Below, in pieces: positions 13,415-25,667 of a stretch of 60,206 bases of DNA. Under the pieces are notes generated by a model. The model saw only the letters and a program-made list of their open reading frames with translations. It was not told the DNA's origin and ran no database searches. The DNA is from Eledone cirrhosa (lineage: Eukaryota). A program made the position numbers and the translations under genes. Location of the stretch: contig CAXHJY010000100.1 in assembly GCA_964016885.1 (NCBI GenBank), positions 1-60,206 on the forward strand, given 5' to 3'. Each line of letters begins with the position of its first letter. Position 1 is the first letter of the stretch.

Positions 13415-14008
13415 ATCACAGAAACTGTATCATAGAAACTGGTATCACAGAAACTGGTATCACTGAAGCTGGTACCACAGAAACTAGTATCATCTTATCA
13501 CAGAAACTGGTATCACTGTAACTGGTATCACAGAAACTGGTATCACAGAAACTCGCATCACTGAAGTTGGTACAACAGAAACTGGTATCATCTTATCACA
13601 GAAACTGGTATCACAGTAACTGGTATCACAGTAACTGGTATCACAGAAACTGGTATCACAGAAACTGGTATCACAGTAACTGATATCACAGAAACTGGTA
13701 TCACAGTAACTGGTATCACAGAAACTGGTATCACAGTAACTGGTATCACAGAAACTGGTATTACAGAAACTGGTATCACAGTAACTGATATCACGGAAAC
13801 TGGTATCACAGTAACTGGTATCACAGAAACTGGTATCACAGAAACTGGTATCACAGTAACTGGTATCACAGAAACTGTGGTATCACAGAAACTGTGGTAT
13901 CACAGTAACTGGTATCACAGAAACGGGTATCACAGAAACTGGTATCACAGTAACTGGTATCACAGAAACTGGTATTACAGTAACTGGTATCACATAACTG
14001 GTATCACA
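13415..14008. repeat. 15-bp minisatellite ggtatcacag(a/t)aact
   Basis: Roughly 35-40 tandem copies. Confidence 0.95.
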
Positions 14009-14009
14009 C

Positions 14010-15124
14010 AAACCCATATTACAACTCTGAACACATCTTTGAATTCCATGTGTCTAACACACGTGGACATGCCTACAAAGTCAGAAAACAGCACAGCTCC
14101 CATGGCTTTCGAAAACGTTTTTTCACCCTCAGTGTTGCTGAAGCATGGAACAATCTACCTGCATCAGTTGTTAGCTGTCGAGACACTGCATCCTTTAAAA
14201 CCCCTATGGAACAAACTACCTGCATCAGTTGTTAGCTGCTGAGAAACTGCATCCTTTAATCCTCCATGGAACAAACTACCTGCATCAGTTGTTAGCTGCT
14301 GAGACACTGCATCCTTTAATCCTCCATGGAACAAACTACCTGCATCAGTTGTTAGCTGCTGAGACACTGCATCCTTTAATCCTCCATGGAACAAACTACC
14401 TGCATCAGTTGTTAGCTGCTGAGACACTGCATCCTTTAATCCTCCATGGAACAAACTACCTGCATCAGTTGTTAGCTGCTGAGACACTGCATCCTTTAAT
14501 CCTCCATGGAACAAACTACCTGCATCAGTTGTTAGCTGCTGGGACACTGCATCCTTTAATCCTCCATGGAACAAACTACCTGCATCAGTTGTTAGCTGCT
14601 GGGACACTGCATCCTTTAATCCTCCATGGAACAAACTACCTGCATCAGTTGTTAGCTGCTGAGACACTGCATCCTTTAATCCTCCACGGAACAAACTACC
14701 TGCATCAGTTGTTAGCTGCTGGGACACTGCATCCTTTAATCCTCCATGGAACAATCTACCTGCATCAGTTGTTAGCTGCTGGGACACTGCATCCTTTCAA
14801 ACCTCCATGGAACAATCTACCTGCATCAGTTATTAGCTGCTGGGACACTGCATTCTTTCAAACCTCCATGGAACAAACTACCTGCATCAGGTGTTAGCTG
14901 CCGAGACACTGCATCCTTTAAAACCTCCATGCTTCCTGAGATTCGCCAACACTACACCTGATATCCCCCCTCCATACACACACACGCACACATGTATATC
15001 ATGACTCATACACTGTTCACTTTCCTGACATTTGTATATTATTCTATGTACTATACATGCACCGTTGATAAGTTGTAGTGCACCCGAGCACTGTACACAA
15101 TAGTTTCATTATCATTATTATTAT
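14010..15124 (+). mobile_element. CR1-clade LINE 3' fragment (ORF2 C-terminus + 3' UTR + (TTA)n tail) with internal tandem expansion
   Basis: Peptide NTRGHAYKV...RKRFFTLSVAEAWNNLPASVV is the characteristic CR1 C-terminal signature. The last unit ends SFKTSMLPEIRQHYT* (stop 14959-14961); tail ttcattatcattattattat. Confidence 0.8.
14144..14927 (+). repeat. ~60-bp minisatellite, 13 copies, derived from CR1 coding sequence
   Basis: Unit catggaacaaactacctgcatcagttgttagctgctgagacactgcatcctttaatcctc. Confidence 0.95.
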
Positions 15125-15133
15125 ACCAAAAGT

Positions 15134-15737
15134 CGGTGGATTGGCAGTATCGGTAGAGAGTCGGACGCCATGCTTTCCAGCATAGTTACGTCCCTTTACG
15201 ATCTGAGTTCAAATCCCGCCGAGGTTGACTTTGCATTTCATCCTTAGGGGGTCGATAAAATAAAGTACCAGTAATACACTGGTTATTGCTGGCCTTGTGC
15301 CTAAAGTAGAAACAATTATTATTATACCAAAACAAGTAGTGGATTGGCAGTATCGGTAGAGGGTCGGACGTCATGCTTTGCAGCAAAGAGTTACGTCCCT
15401 TTATGGTCTGCGTTCAAATCCTGCCGAGGCTAACTTTGCCTTTCATCCTTACGGAGTCGATAAAATAAAGTACCAGTAATACACTGGTATAATTACTGGC
15501 CTTGTCCCAAAAGTAGAAAGAGTTATTATTATACCAAAACAAGTGGTGGATTGGCAGTATCGGTAGAGGGTCGGACGTCATGCTTTGCAGCAAAGAGTTA
15601 CGTCCCTTTATGGTCTGCGTTCAAATCCTGCCGAGGTTAACTTTGCCTTTCATCCTTACGGGGGTCGATAAAATAAAGTACCAGTAATACACTGGGATAA
15701 TTGCTGGCCTTGTGCCAAAAGTAGAAAGAGTTATTAC
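15134..15737 (+). mobile_element. Three tandem full-length SINE family 1 copies
   Basis: Copies start at ~15134, 15339 and 15543, each with A/B boxes, core and (TTA) tail. Confidence 0.9.
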
Positions 15738-15788
15738 TATACACAAACTCCTCGTATCACCGACAGAGGATCTATCAATCAATATGCA

Positions 15789-16024
15789 AGTCGACATAGT
15801 GTTTGATACAAATACATGCGTGTAAGGGCCCGTAACTCTTGATGGAGTCGTAGAGGGCGCCGTATTAGTCGATATAGTGTTTGATACAAATACATGCGTG
15901 TAAGGGCCCGTAACTCTTGATGGAGTCGTAGAGGGCGCCGTATTAGTCGATATAGTGTTTGATACAAATACATGCGTGTAAGGGCCCGTAACTCTTGATG
16001 GAGTCGTAGAGGGCGTCGTATTAG
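15789..16024. repeat. 78-bp tandem repeat, 3 copies
   Basis: gtttgatacaaatacatgcgtgtaagggcccg at 15801, 15879 and 15957. Confidence 0.95.
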
Positions 16025-16169
16025 CATAAGGCGTTTCTAGGACATAAACAAAACTTTTTTTTAAAAACCTGGCGTAGCCCTTCTCCTCTCCAGGTCTGAC
16101 TACAGCAGATTTCTTCCGGAGAAGGATAGAGAATGAGGGAAAGGAAGTGAGAAAGAGATATAGAGGAAG

Positions 16170-16258
16170 AATTGACCCCAGTACTTAACTGGTACTTTTT
16201 TTATCGACCTCGAAAGGATGAAAGGCAAAGTTGACCTCGACAGAATTGAATACAGAAC
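16170..16258 (-). mobile_element. Diverged SINE family 1-related fragment
   Basis: ctggtact...atcgacctcgaaaggatgaaaggcaaagttgacctcg. Confidence 0.65.
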
Positions 16259-16340
16259 ATTTATTCCAGAGAAGGATATATATATATATATATCAAATAA
16301 TTAAGTCAAATATGTAAAATTTGGCTTCGTTTATTATAAA

Positions 16341-17133
16341 CTAGCAGATGTACCCGGCGTTGCTCGGGAAATGAATGACAGCCTGTTTGTCGGTATAAAG
16401 AGAGCCAAAGGTTGAGCAAAGAATTGAAATGTAATTGTAAAAAAAAGTTTAACAAAATGGGTGTACAGTGACATGATTGAGTGAAATAAAGGGCAACATA
16501 AAAACAATTCATGGGGGAGCTTGAGTTAATTGACGTGAATGATTTCAGGTCCGGCCTTGCTGTAGTAGGTATGAGTAAGGGGATAAAGATGGAATAGACG
16601 CACTGTATGTCCTTCAGTAGACTAAACCCTATGCGTAAGATGGCGCTGCCACTACCACGTTGACCATCCACTGGACATAGAAATATCATTCCTTGTAGCA
16701 ACTAGTTCCCCTCAACGCCTGAATACATGATGAGAAGGAGCAAAAAGGTTAAGTTAATCAAAACGAAGATACTGTTGCCGAGAATGCTGCTGCACGATTT
16801 TCAGAGGCCATAGCGAGTCAAACTGCTAGGTACACAATTAGCCAATGAGAGGTCGCCTCAATAGTACGTGCCAAATCGGCCTAGTACTTCAAAAGTTAAA
16901 AGGAGCCTAGTATTTGTACACAGACAGATACACATACAAAATTGATTTTTCGGCCCCAATATCGATTTTTTTTCAAATTTCTATTTTGTCCAAAACCTGC
17001 TCTGGCATATAAGCAACATGTGTGCCAAATTTGGTTGAAATCGGCCTAGTACTTCAAAGGTTAAAAGAAGCCTAGTATTTGTACACAGACAGACAGACAC
17101 ACACACAGAGCGACTTGATTTTATATATATAGA
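16341..17133 (-). mobile_element. Non-autonomous Helitron
   Basis: Minus strand starts TCtatatatataaaa and ends with the hairpin cccgagcaacgccggg then CTAG. It is inserted at A|T with no target-site duplication, and the empty site is present in the opposite arm. Confidence 0.85.
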
Positions 17134-17143
17134 TTATAGATAT

Positions 17144-17198
17144 ACTGCTATATATATTTCGGTGACAGCCATCATTGGCTGTGACCTCTTCAGGCAGT
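17144..17198 (-). ncRNA. Hammerhead ribozyme motif
   Basis: Reverse complement of 17406-17460. Confidence 0.75.
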
Positions 17199-17405
17199 CC
17201 GAATTGGTGTGGAAAAGACAGGTACACATGTTGTTGAAGTGTGTTTTACTCCGTCAATACATCGATATGTCCAGCTCCTGGTTGTGTTGTTATTTCTCTG
17301 AGGAATTGGAATAACAACACAAACAGGAGCTGGACATATCGATGTATTGACGGAGTAAAACACACTTCAACAACATGTGTACCTGTCTTTCCCACACCAA
17401 TTCGA

Positions 17406-17460
17406 ACTGCCTGAAGAGGTCACAGCCAATGATGGCTGTCACCGAAATATATATAGCAGT
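17406..17460 (+). ncRNA. Type I hammerhead ribozyme motif
   Basis: actgc-CTGAAGA-ggt.c.acagcca(atga)tggctgt.c.acc-GAAA-tatata-TA-gcagt. Confidence 0.8.
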
Positions 17461-17608
17461 ATATCTATAATTTACAATAAACGAAGCCAAATTTTACATA
17501 TTTGACTTAATTATTTTACATTACTCCGGAGTAAACAAACCAACCTGCGTACTTCGTCGATTGCTCCAATCTGCATATTGAGGTGTCGGTAAACAACCAA
17601 CATATACT

Positions 17609-17668
<60 letters not shown>

Positions 17669-17710
17669 TGAAAGAGAGTGGAAGTGAAAAAGAGATACAG
17701 AGGAAGAACT

Positions 17711-17865
17711 AACCCCAGTACTTGACTGGTACTTTTCTTTTTAATCGACTTCGAAAGAATGAAAAGCAAAGTTGACCTCGGCAGGATTTGAACTAATAGA
17801 GCAGAGATCCGGTAGAAATACTGCACAAAGCAGTCCATTCGACGTTTTAAGGACTTTGCCAATTC
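17711..17865 (-). mobile_element. Diverged SINE family 1-related copy
   Basis: Core and B-box (ggatttgaact on the plus strand) are recognisable. Confidence 0.65.
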
Positions 17866-18829
17866 TCCGTGGATTTAAGATAAGAGCGAAGGAGGGAAAA
17901 AAAGAGCTAAAAGCATTTCCTTCCCACTTGATTTCCGCTACACTTCAAATGATTTTGCAAAATATTTAAACATCACAACTCAGATTTTTTAACCTTTTAA
18001 GCGAAGGACTTTTGTATCTCGTCAAGATTAACCTATTATTAGAAATAAAAGACGATGATTACAGTGTGGTGTAAACGATGAATACAACTAGCGAACAGTG
18101 ACGTAGTTAGCTTTATAATATCACGGAAGAGACAAACGATGTTCTGAGATTTAATCCGTAAACAGGTATTTATCCTTCCCCAAGAATTACGTGCTTCATC
18201 TGTCTGTTGTTGTTAATAATGTCGTTAATAGAAATCTATTTAACCATGCAGACAGTCAGCTTTCATCTTAACAGCCTTTCTCATTTGAAACACAGTTAGT
18301 AAACGTAGTAAAGAAAATAAAATTAAAACTACGAGCATTGTCTTATGAAATTTCATGACATAAATCTAATAGCAGGTAAGGTAGAAAGGGCGGAGGAGAA
18401 CTTCAACGTAGCTATTATTAAGAAAAATCATTGAATCCTAACAGAATCTTTACAACTTTTATTACAAGCAAATTCTATAACGCATAATTATTGATTTTTC
18501 AACAATCGTTTAAATGTCGTTCCACTTTAGTTAACTCTTAGACGATACAGTGTATGTTATGTAATGCACAATACTTAAAAGAAGCAACCTAGTATAAGGA
18601 AATATTTCAATTGAATCCCAAATCGCAGAAAATTACTGTAACTATAGTCAAGCGTTATAAATAATAGCTGAAAAGATCAGATAAAATACCTCTCTAGGCG
18701 AGAGAAAAAGCTGGCCAGGAGAAACGAACTTTGTATCTCTCGAATACGGTAACGATTGCTGGTCACATGTACCCGTCAATAGAAATATTTTAACTGATTT
18801 TCTTAATTTATTATTTTTTTTTACATATA

Positions 18830-18975
18830 CAGCATAGAGTAACGGTCCTTTACGGTCTGAGTTCAAATCCCGCCGAGGTTAACTTTGCCTTTCATCCTTA
18901 CGGGTAGATAAAATAAAGTACCAGTAATGTACTGGTTAATTGCTGGCCTTGTGCCAACAGTATTAAACAATTATT
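18830..18975 (+). mobile_element. SINE family 1, 5'-truncated
   Basis: B-box, core and tail present. Confidence 0.8.
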
Positions 18976-19064
18976 AATATTACACACATACACGCACACA
19001 TACATTTCTCTCACTCCCTTTTCCTCTATCTCTCTCGCAAAATTTCTTTGAGAAATATATATAC

Positions 19065-19136
<72 letters not shown>

Positions 19137-19176
19137 ATATATTAATAAATGGAAACTATATTTATAAAACCATATT

Positions 19177-19242
19177 TATTTTATTATATATATTTCAAGG
19201 GCAACCAAGGCAAATTATGGTGCGCTTTCATCAGATAAAATA
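19177..19242 (-). ncRNA. Hammerhead ribozyme motif (family A)
   Basis: Minus strand: tattttat-CTGATGA-aagcgcacc...ggttgccctt-GAAA-tatata-TA-ataaaata. Confidence 0.75.
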
Positions 19243-20543
19243 CAGATTTGTTTTATAAATAAATATTGACATACCCGGAATAAAAGACAACCTTAACGGT
19301 TGGAGCTTCCTGGATAGTGGAGATATTATTTTTATTGAGGGTAATACGAAGTTATGAGTGAGTATGCAAATGAATGTCCGAAAAGTTGAAAAGATAACGG
19401 TTTATTTAAATTAAACTGTTGGAAGAACAGCATATGTAAGGGAGAGAGAAGAAAGGGAAGGAGAAAGAGACAAGAAGAAACAAAGAACGATTATACATAG
19501 TGATAGTGAAGATAATCAAAGTGAGCGAGGAAATAAATTTTAATGTAAGAATATACAGAACGTAAATATATCTAAGTGAAAGAAGAAGTGAAAGAAGAAA
19601 TAAGATTAACGTGGAAGAATAATATCTAGAATGTAGGGTTCATTACGTTGGGATTATAATATTTATAATGATAAGTTTAAAATAAAAACAATAAAAATTA
19701 AAGATTAAAATTTACTTTAATATTAAAAATTTAATTTAATATAAATATTAAAATTAAAAATTAAAATTAAAACAGGTATTTATATTATATTAAGATGTAT
19801 TGGTTGAGATGTGTACGTTATGGATTATAAATTATTTAAATGTATAGTATTTTACATTGGAGAAAATCTAGTATAGTTTATTTGATTAAAGTAAGTTTGG
19901 CAAAATTATATTTATTTATTAATAGTTGTAAGTCAAAACTTAAACATCCAAATAATTCCAAATTCCAAAACGAGAGTTTACAAAGGAATAATTACTTAAT
20001 TAGATTATAAAAACAGTAAGGAAGTATAAAGGTAGTTAGAAGTGATTTTTAGAAGTGATCTTTTAAGAACACAAATGACTCAAATTAAAAAAAATTTTTT
20101 AAAGTTTTTATGAGAAGTCATAAATGTTATAAAGTTAAAAAATTTATCTTAAGAATATAATTAAAACATAAACCATAGGTTATTTTATAAGAAATCATAA
20201 ATTTATCTTAAGAATATAATTAAAACATAAACCGTAGGTTATTTTATAAGAAGTCATAAATGTTATAAAGTTAAAAAATGTATCTTAAGAATATAATTAA
20301 AACATAAACCATAGGTTATTCCACGTATATATGTAAACCATACGTTATTCCACATATATATAAATATTTGGATATATATTAAAAATGTTTGAAGATATAA
20401 AATATTGGAAGATATTTGAGCACACTTCTCTGAGTGGTTTTTGGGCTGCCCTTTCTAGCAGCTCGTCCCTCAGATATCACTGGTTCACTGCCCTAAACAC
20501 GCTGTGACATCTCTTTCCCGTGTTGTCTGAAATGTATAGCCTT

Positions 20544-20626
20544 ACACACGCTGATGACCCATAGGCTATTTCCTTTCAGTCAACAACTTCCTGGCGAAAC
20601 AGATCTCTTTGGATTTGTACGTGTGT
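20544..20626 (+). ncRNA. Hammerhead ribozyme motif with 8-bp stem III
   Basis: acacacg-CTGATGA-c.cca.tagg...cctgg.c-GAA-acagatct(cttt)ggatttgt-A-cgtgtgt. Confidence 0.65.
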
Positions 20627-20804
20627 GTTATAGAGGTGTGTGATTACATTTTAATTCATATTTTTAATTATCGTGTGTCTACCCTGCCTTTCATAGGTTA
20701 TAGATACCCTACACTGGTGGTTTTTCCCTGTTTTATTTATGGCGCACTCTCTCTCTCTAGTGTGTTACCTTTTCAACATATTGTATTATATATATATATA
20801 TATA

Positions 20805-21060
20805 TATTGTCATACTTTGGGAGGGTCATGTTGCCAATAAGAAACACACGCACCAGTTGCTTTCACTTCAATTTATTATAATAAATTTATAAATTGAGGA
20901 ATTTATAAATTTCCGGTTGGTTGGTTGGTTCCACAACCAGATGGTTGTTTATATATTGTCAAAGTTCTTTCGTCACACATTCTGTGACCTCTTCAGTGAC
21001 TGGGGATTCTTTTCTTTGTTTTTGTGCCTCTCCTTTGTTCTGTCCTACGCCATTTTGTTT
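20805..21060 (-). mobile_element. Interspersed ~250-bp PLE-like pseudo-LTR fragment (second copy 43791-44046), hammerhead-like motif at 20958-21000 (-)
   Basis: Near-identical direct repeat 23 kb apart. Minus strand: gtca-CTGAAGA-g.gtcaca(gaatg)tgtgac-GAAA-gaac-TT-tgac. Confidence 0.65.
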
Positions 21061-21553
21061 CTGTGTGTGTGTTGTGTGCTCAGAAACGAAATATATATAT
21101 ATATATATATACATATATATAATGTGCGTGTGTGTGTGTGCTAATGCACGCAGGTGTGTGCGCGTGTGTGTGTGTGATAGTATGTTTGTGTGTGTGTGTG
21201 TGATAGTATGTTTGTGTGTGTGATAGTATGTGCGAGAAGCTAATCTGTAATTTCCTAAATGAATTTCTTCCCACAGTGGGAATAGTTCTGCACCACTGAA
21301 GCCCTTCCCCACCCCACCCCAAACCCTCCAACTCTCAGATGAAGGAATGCCAGAATATATCTATATCTACAATTACCAATTAAATATAATTAAATTACGT
21401 GAACATATTAAATTAAATTAAAGTTAATTCTTATGTTGCTTTCATTAAATTTAAGAAGACGGAGCTTCATTTTTTTTCATCTTGTCAACATCTACACGAA
21501 TACTCTAACGTAATCTCACTCCTATATATATGAATGAATCTATCAGATAAAAG

Positions 21554-21606
<53 letters not shown>

Positions 21607-21721
21607 TCTCTCTCTCTCTATCTCTTTCTCTATCTCCCTCTCCAGCTCTCTCTCCTACACCCACACATACGAATATATATAGAGATGTGTAAAATTGTGA
21701 CTTCGGTGCCAAACGATCTCG

Positions 21722-21878
<157 letters not shown>

Positions 21879-22004
21879 TGTATATATAGTGTATTTTGCA
21901 ATACACTGTATGCTTAATTAAAAGCATTTCGAAGACCTTATGCTATTGTTTTAGAGTAGTGACTGCCTCACTTACTTTAATTTCAGCAAACAAGGGGAGA
22001 TAAA

Positions 22005-22047
22005 GCTGACAAGGCCTTGTTTCGCATTTATTGATGCTTATCAAAGC
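22005..22047 (-). ncRNA. Degenerate hammerhead motif (core mutated to TTGATAA)
   Basis: Minus strand: gct-TTGATAA-gcat(caataa)atgc-GAAAC-aaggcctt-GTC-agc. Confidence 0.5.
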
Positions 22048-22659
22048 CAACTACTCCTCCTATATATATACATATATATATATATATATGTATATTCTTT
22101 ATGGATTTGGAAGAGTTGATTCAGCTATGCCATTATATACTCATCAAAGGTCAGCTGATGAAATAAAACCAGCAGGAGAGTATGTTTACAGCCACCTTCT
22201 CAAACACCCTTATCTTACAACCTCACCATTTTCTGAGTGTATATATATATATGTGTGTGTGTATGTGTGTGTGTGTGTACGTGAGTGTGTGTGCATATGT
22301 GCGTGTATGTATGCTTTAATTCCTCCGGACCTTCATTATCATCAACACTCATTAACACCACACCCCACACCCCAGACACATCCAAATCTCTCTCTTATAT
22401 ATAGTCACACATTTCAACACAACCTCATCTCAGTTTGTCAATAGCCACAGACAGCCGAATGCGAGAAAGTTCTCCAACCCAAGTTAACCAGGAATCTATA
22501 AATTTCTTCCCAGCGAAGTTAACAAAGAACTTACTGGATCTACCAACTCATGATATTATAATATAAAATTAAATCACACATTTTTTAACACTAGAAGTCA
22601 AGTCATTCATTTCCTTTTTTTCAAATATACCTAACTGTACCAAAGATCTCACACATTTC

Positions 22660-22716
<57 letters not shown>

Positions 22717-22725
22717 GTGTTTAAA

Positions 22726-22766
<41 letters not shown>

Positions 22767-22769
<3 letters not shown>

Positions 22770-23144
22770 AAGAAACTCACTCAGATGGTGGATCGGTGCT
22801 ACACGAGAATGCTGAGGATGGCTCTGAACATTAATCAGTATACACTGAGGATGAAAAACTCAGAGCTGTATGGGAGCATCCCAAAAGTCAGCTCAAAAGT
22901 GACACAGAGGAGACTGAGGTTAGTTGGACATGCTCACCGACATCCAGAGTTGACATTGCACTCTGTGCTCCTGTGGGAGCCCCTACATGGACACACTAGA
23001 AGAGGAAGACCGAGGTTAACGTATGTTGATGCCCTAAGGACAGACACTGGTCTGTTGGAGACGCAGGACATGGCAGCGATAATGAGGGACAGAGACCGCT
23101 GGAGAGAACTCGTCCATGGATCTCGGGAATTTTACCCGCCCTAG
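22767..23144 (+). mobile_element. RTE/RTE-X-like LINE 3' fragment in (TA)n
   Basis: Peptide CYTRMLRMALNI...NSELYG...RRLRLVGHAHRH...LLWEP..G..RRGRPRLTYVD; the stop codon abuts (TA)n. Confidence 0.8.
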
Positions 23145-23210
23145 ATATATATATATATATATATGTATCGTGGTAAAAACCTGTTAGACCATAACCCACC
23201 AGAGTACTCG

Positions 23211-23308
23211 ATTGTTGGGGTAGTCGAGTGGGTAAAATGAAAAGATTCAGGACCTCGACGGCTGAGTTCCGGCCGTTTCGACAACTAGAGTCATCGGGAT
23301 CCTGAATC

Positions 23309-23378
<70 letters not shown>

Positions 23379-23469
23379 GATTCAGGATCCCGATGACTCT
23401 AGTTGTCGAAACGGCCGGAACTCAGCCGTCGAGGTCCTGAATCTTTTCATTTTACCCACTCGACTACCC

Positions 23470-23476
<7 letters not shown>
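23211..23476. mobile_element. Palindromic element centred on (TA)n, with variant hammerheads at 23244-23308 (-) and 23379-23443 (+)
   Basis: ~108-bp mirrored arms. Plus strand: gattcaggatc-CCGATGA-ctctagttgtc-GAAAC-ggc(cggaactca)gcc-GTC-gaggtcctgaatc. Confidence 0.75.
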
Positions 23477-23508
<32 letters not shown>

Positions 23509-23845
23509 GTATATATGTATATATACGAAGAATTATAGATATATGTATGTATATATGTATATATATGAAGAATTATATATATATTTTTTTGAGTATATGT
23601 TGGTTGTTTACCGACACCTCAGAACGCAGATTGGAGCACTCGACGAAGTACGCAGGTTAGTTTGTTTACTCCGGAGTAATGTAAAATAAGTAAGTCAAAT
23701 GTGTTGTTAGTCCTCCGAGGAGCTGGAATTATATCCAGTTCCTCAGAGGACTAACAACACAACCAGGAGCTGGACATATCGTTGTATTGACAGAGTGGAA
23801 CACATTTCCTCAAAATGTTTACCTGTCTTTTCCACATTAATTCAT

Positions 23846-23898
23846 ACTGCCTGATGAGGTCACAGCCAATAATGCTGTCACCGAAATATATATAGCAG
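23846..23898 (+). ncRNA. Hammerhead ribozyme motif (same family as 17406)
   Basis: ctgc-CTGATGA-ggtcacagc(caataat)gctgtcacc-GAAA-tatata-TA-gcag. Confidence 0.75.
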
Positions 23899-23943
23899 AG
23901 AGTTTATAATAAACGAAGCCAAATTTTACATGTTTGACTTACT

Positions 23944-24015
<72 letters not shown>

Positions 24016-24159
24016 TTTTATAAATATAGTTTTCCATTTATTTAATATTGTAAATATACTCCAAATATTTGTCGAGTGCTTTTATATCAGTTATAAATAT
24101 TTACTAGTTGTAACCCAACAATTTTAAATATAACTTTACATGTATATATATATATATAT

Positions 24160-24297
24160 ATATTTATTAAAATAACAGATTAAAGTTTAAGCAAAGAATC
24201 GCTGCTTTCACCCTTAACGGGGTCTTCTGAAACTAACCGTTAAGGGTGAAAGCAGCGATACTTTGCTTGAACTTTAATCTGTTATTTTAATAAATAT
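24160..24297. repeat. Fold-back with ~60-bp arms and 16-nt spacer, between (TA)n tracts
   Basis: Arms 24160-24220 and 24237-24297. Confidence 0.85.
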
Positions 24298-24455
24298 TTG
24301 CTCTACGGTTCTTATATATTTGATATATATTTATCCTTATCGAGCCCTCTTTGGATTTTAGTCTTCAAATTTATTATTATTAGTATATATATATATATAT
24401 GTCCCAAGGCCATCAACACTATAAACACAGAGCTGGCATATCTAAGAATTGACTA

Positions 24456-24511
24456 ACTGCCTGATGAGGTCATAGCCATTCAATGGCTATCATCGAAATA
24501 TATATAGCAGT
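24456..24511 (+). ncRNA. Hammerhead ribozyme motif (17406-related)
   Basis: actgc-CTGATGA-ggt.c.atagcca(ttcaa)tggctat.c.atc-GAAA-tatata-TA-gcagt; C-G to T-A compensatory change versus 17406. Confidence 0.75.
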
Positions 24512-24556
24512 AAATAAAGGATGATGAGTTCATGCAATTGACTTATGTTTCGTCAC

Positions 24557-24606
<50 letters not shown>

Positions 24607-24806
24607 GACTTCGGGACCCCGATGCTGAGCTTCTGCTAGTTCAGAACTAGCAGTTGAAACGACAGGAGCTCAGCCGTTGTGGTCCCGATTCCTTCATATT
24701 ACACACTCTACTGCCTCAAGAATCAACTAAACTTCCTGAAACCTTGGGTAATGGAGACATATTGTGTTGTTTATTATATAATTATACATATATATATATA
24801 TATACA

Positions 24807-24897
<91 letters not shown>

Positions 24898-24927
24898 TAC
24901 ATAGATAGATAGATATGTGTGTGTGTG

Positions 24928-25179
24928 TCAAAAGTGACACAGAGGAGACTGAGGTTAGCTGGACATGCTCACCGACATCCAGAGTTGACATTGCACTCAG
25001 TGCTCCTGTGGGAGCCCCTACATGGACACACTGGAAGAGGAAGACCAAGGTTAACGTATGTTGATGTCCTAAGGACACACACTGGTCTGTTGGAGACGCA
25101 GGACATGGCAGCGATAATGAGGGACAGAGACTGCTGGAGAGAACTCATCCACGGATCTCGGGAATTTTACCCGTCCTAG
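24928..25179 (+). mobile_element. RTE/RTE-X-like LINE 3' fragment, copy 2
   Basis: Near-identical to 22893-23144; ends TAG + (TA)n. Confidence 0.8.
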
Positions 25180-25211
25180 ATATATATATATGTATATGAA
25201 TATACATATAA

Positions 25212-25287
<76 letters not shown>

Positions 25288-25317
25288 GTGGTTACACAAC
25301 AGTTAGTTCACCATACG

Positions 25318-25353
25318 GAGAACAATTGTTTCACCTTCGCGGATCTTCAGCTC
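25318..25353 (-). ncRNA. Minimal hammerhead motif
   Basis: Minus strand: gag-CTGAAGA-t.cc(gcgaa)gg.t-GAAAC-aatt-GTT-ctc. Confidence 0.55.
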
Positions 25354-25667
25354 GGGATGTATATGGTTTTAGGAACAGGAAGGACATCCTTACGAACGCG
25401 CATGCGCAGAAACTCGGTCACTTTACACAGGCAATACTAGACTGCGTGCGGGAGGTGTAAGGGAGATAACTGCGAAAGTCCGGAAAGTTTTTAGGTTGAA
25501 AATAAAATTAAAAAAATTAAAAATAAAATTACAAAGAATCAGTCCGGAGCCGTGTAGTTATGCAATAGATGTTTGGTGACGTGTGGGCAACGTGTGAAAA
25601 ATTCACTTCTCGTGTTTAGGCAATCACTATTGCGTAATCTCTTTAGGTATATATATATATATAGGAA

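Larger units (their letters stand above)
16295..17607. mobile_element. Fold-back PLE-like pseudo-LTR pair; left arm interrupted by a Helitron
   Basis: Left arm 16295-16340 + 17134-17292 mirrors right arm ~17309-17516. Related sequence occurs at 23595-23948 and ~24425-24515. Confidence 0.8.

Noticed and set aside
14164-14897. Repeat-protein ORFs on both strands
   Set aside because: The 60-bp period keeps frames open; the sequence derives from a CR1 tail.
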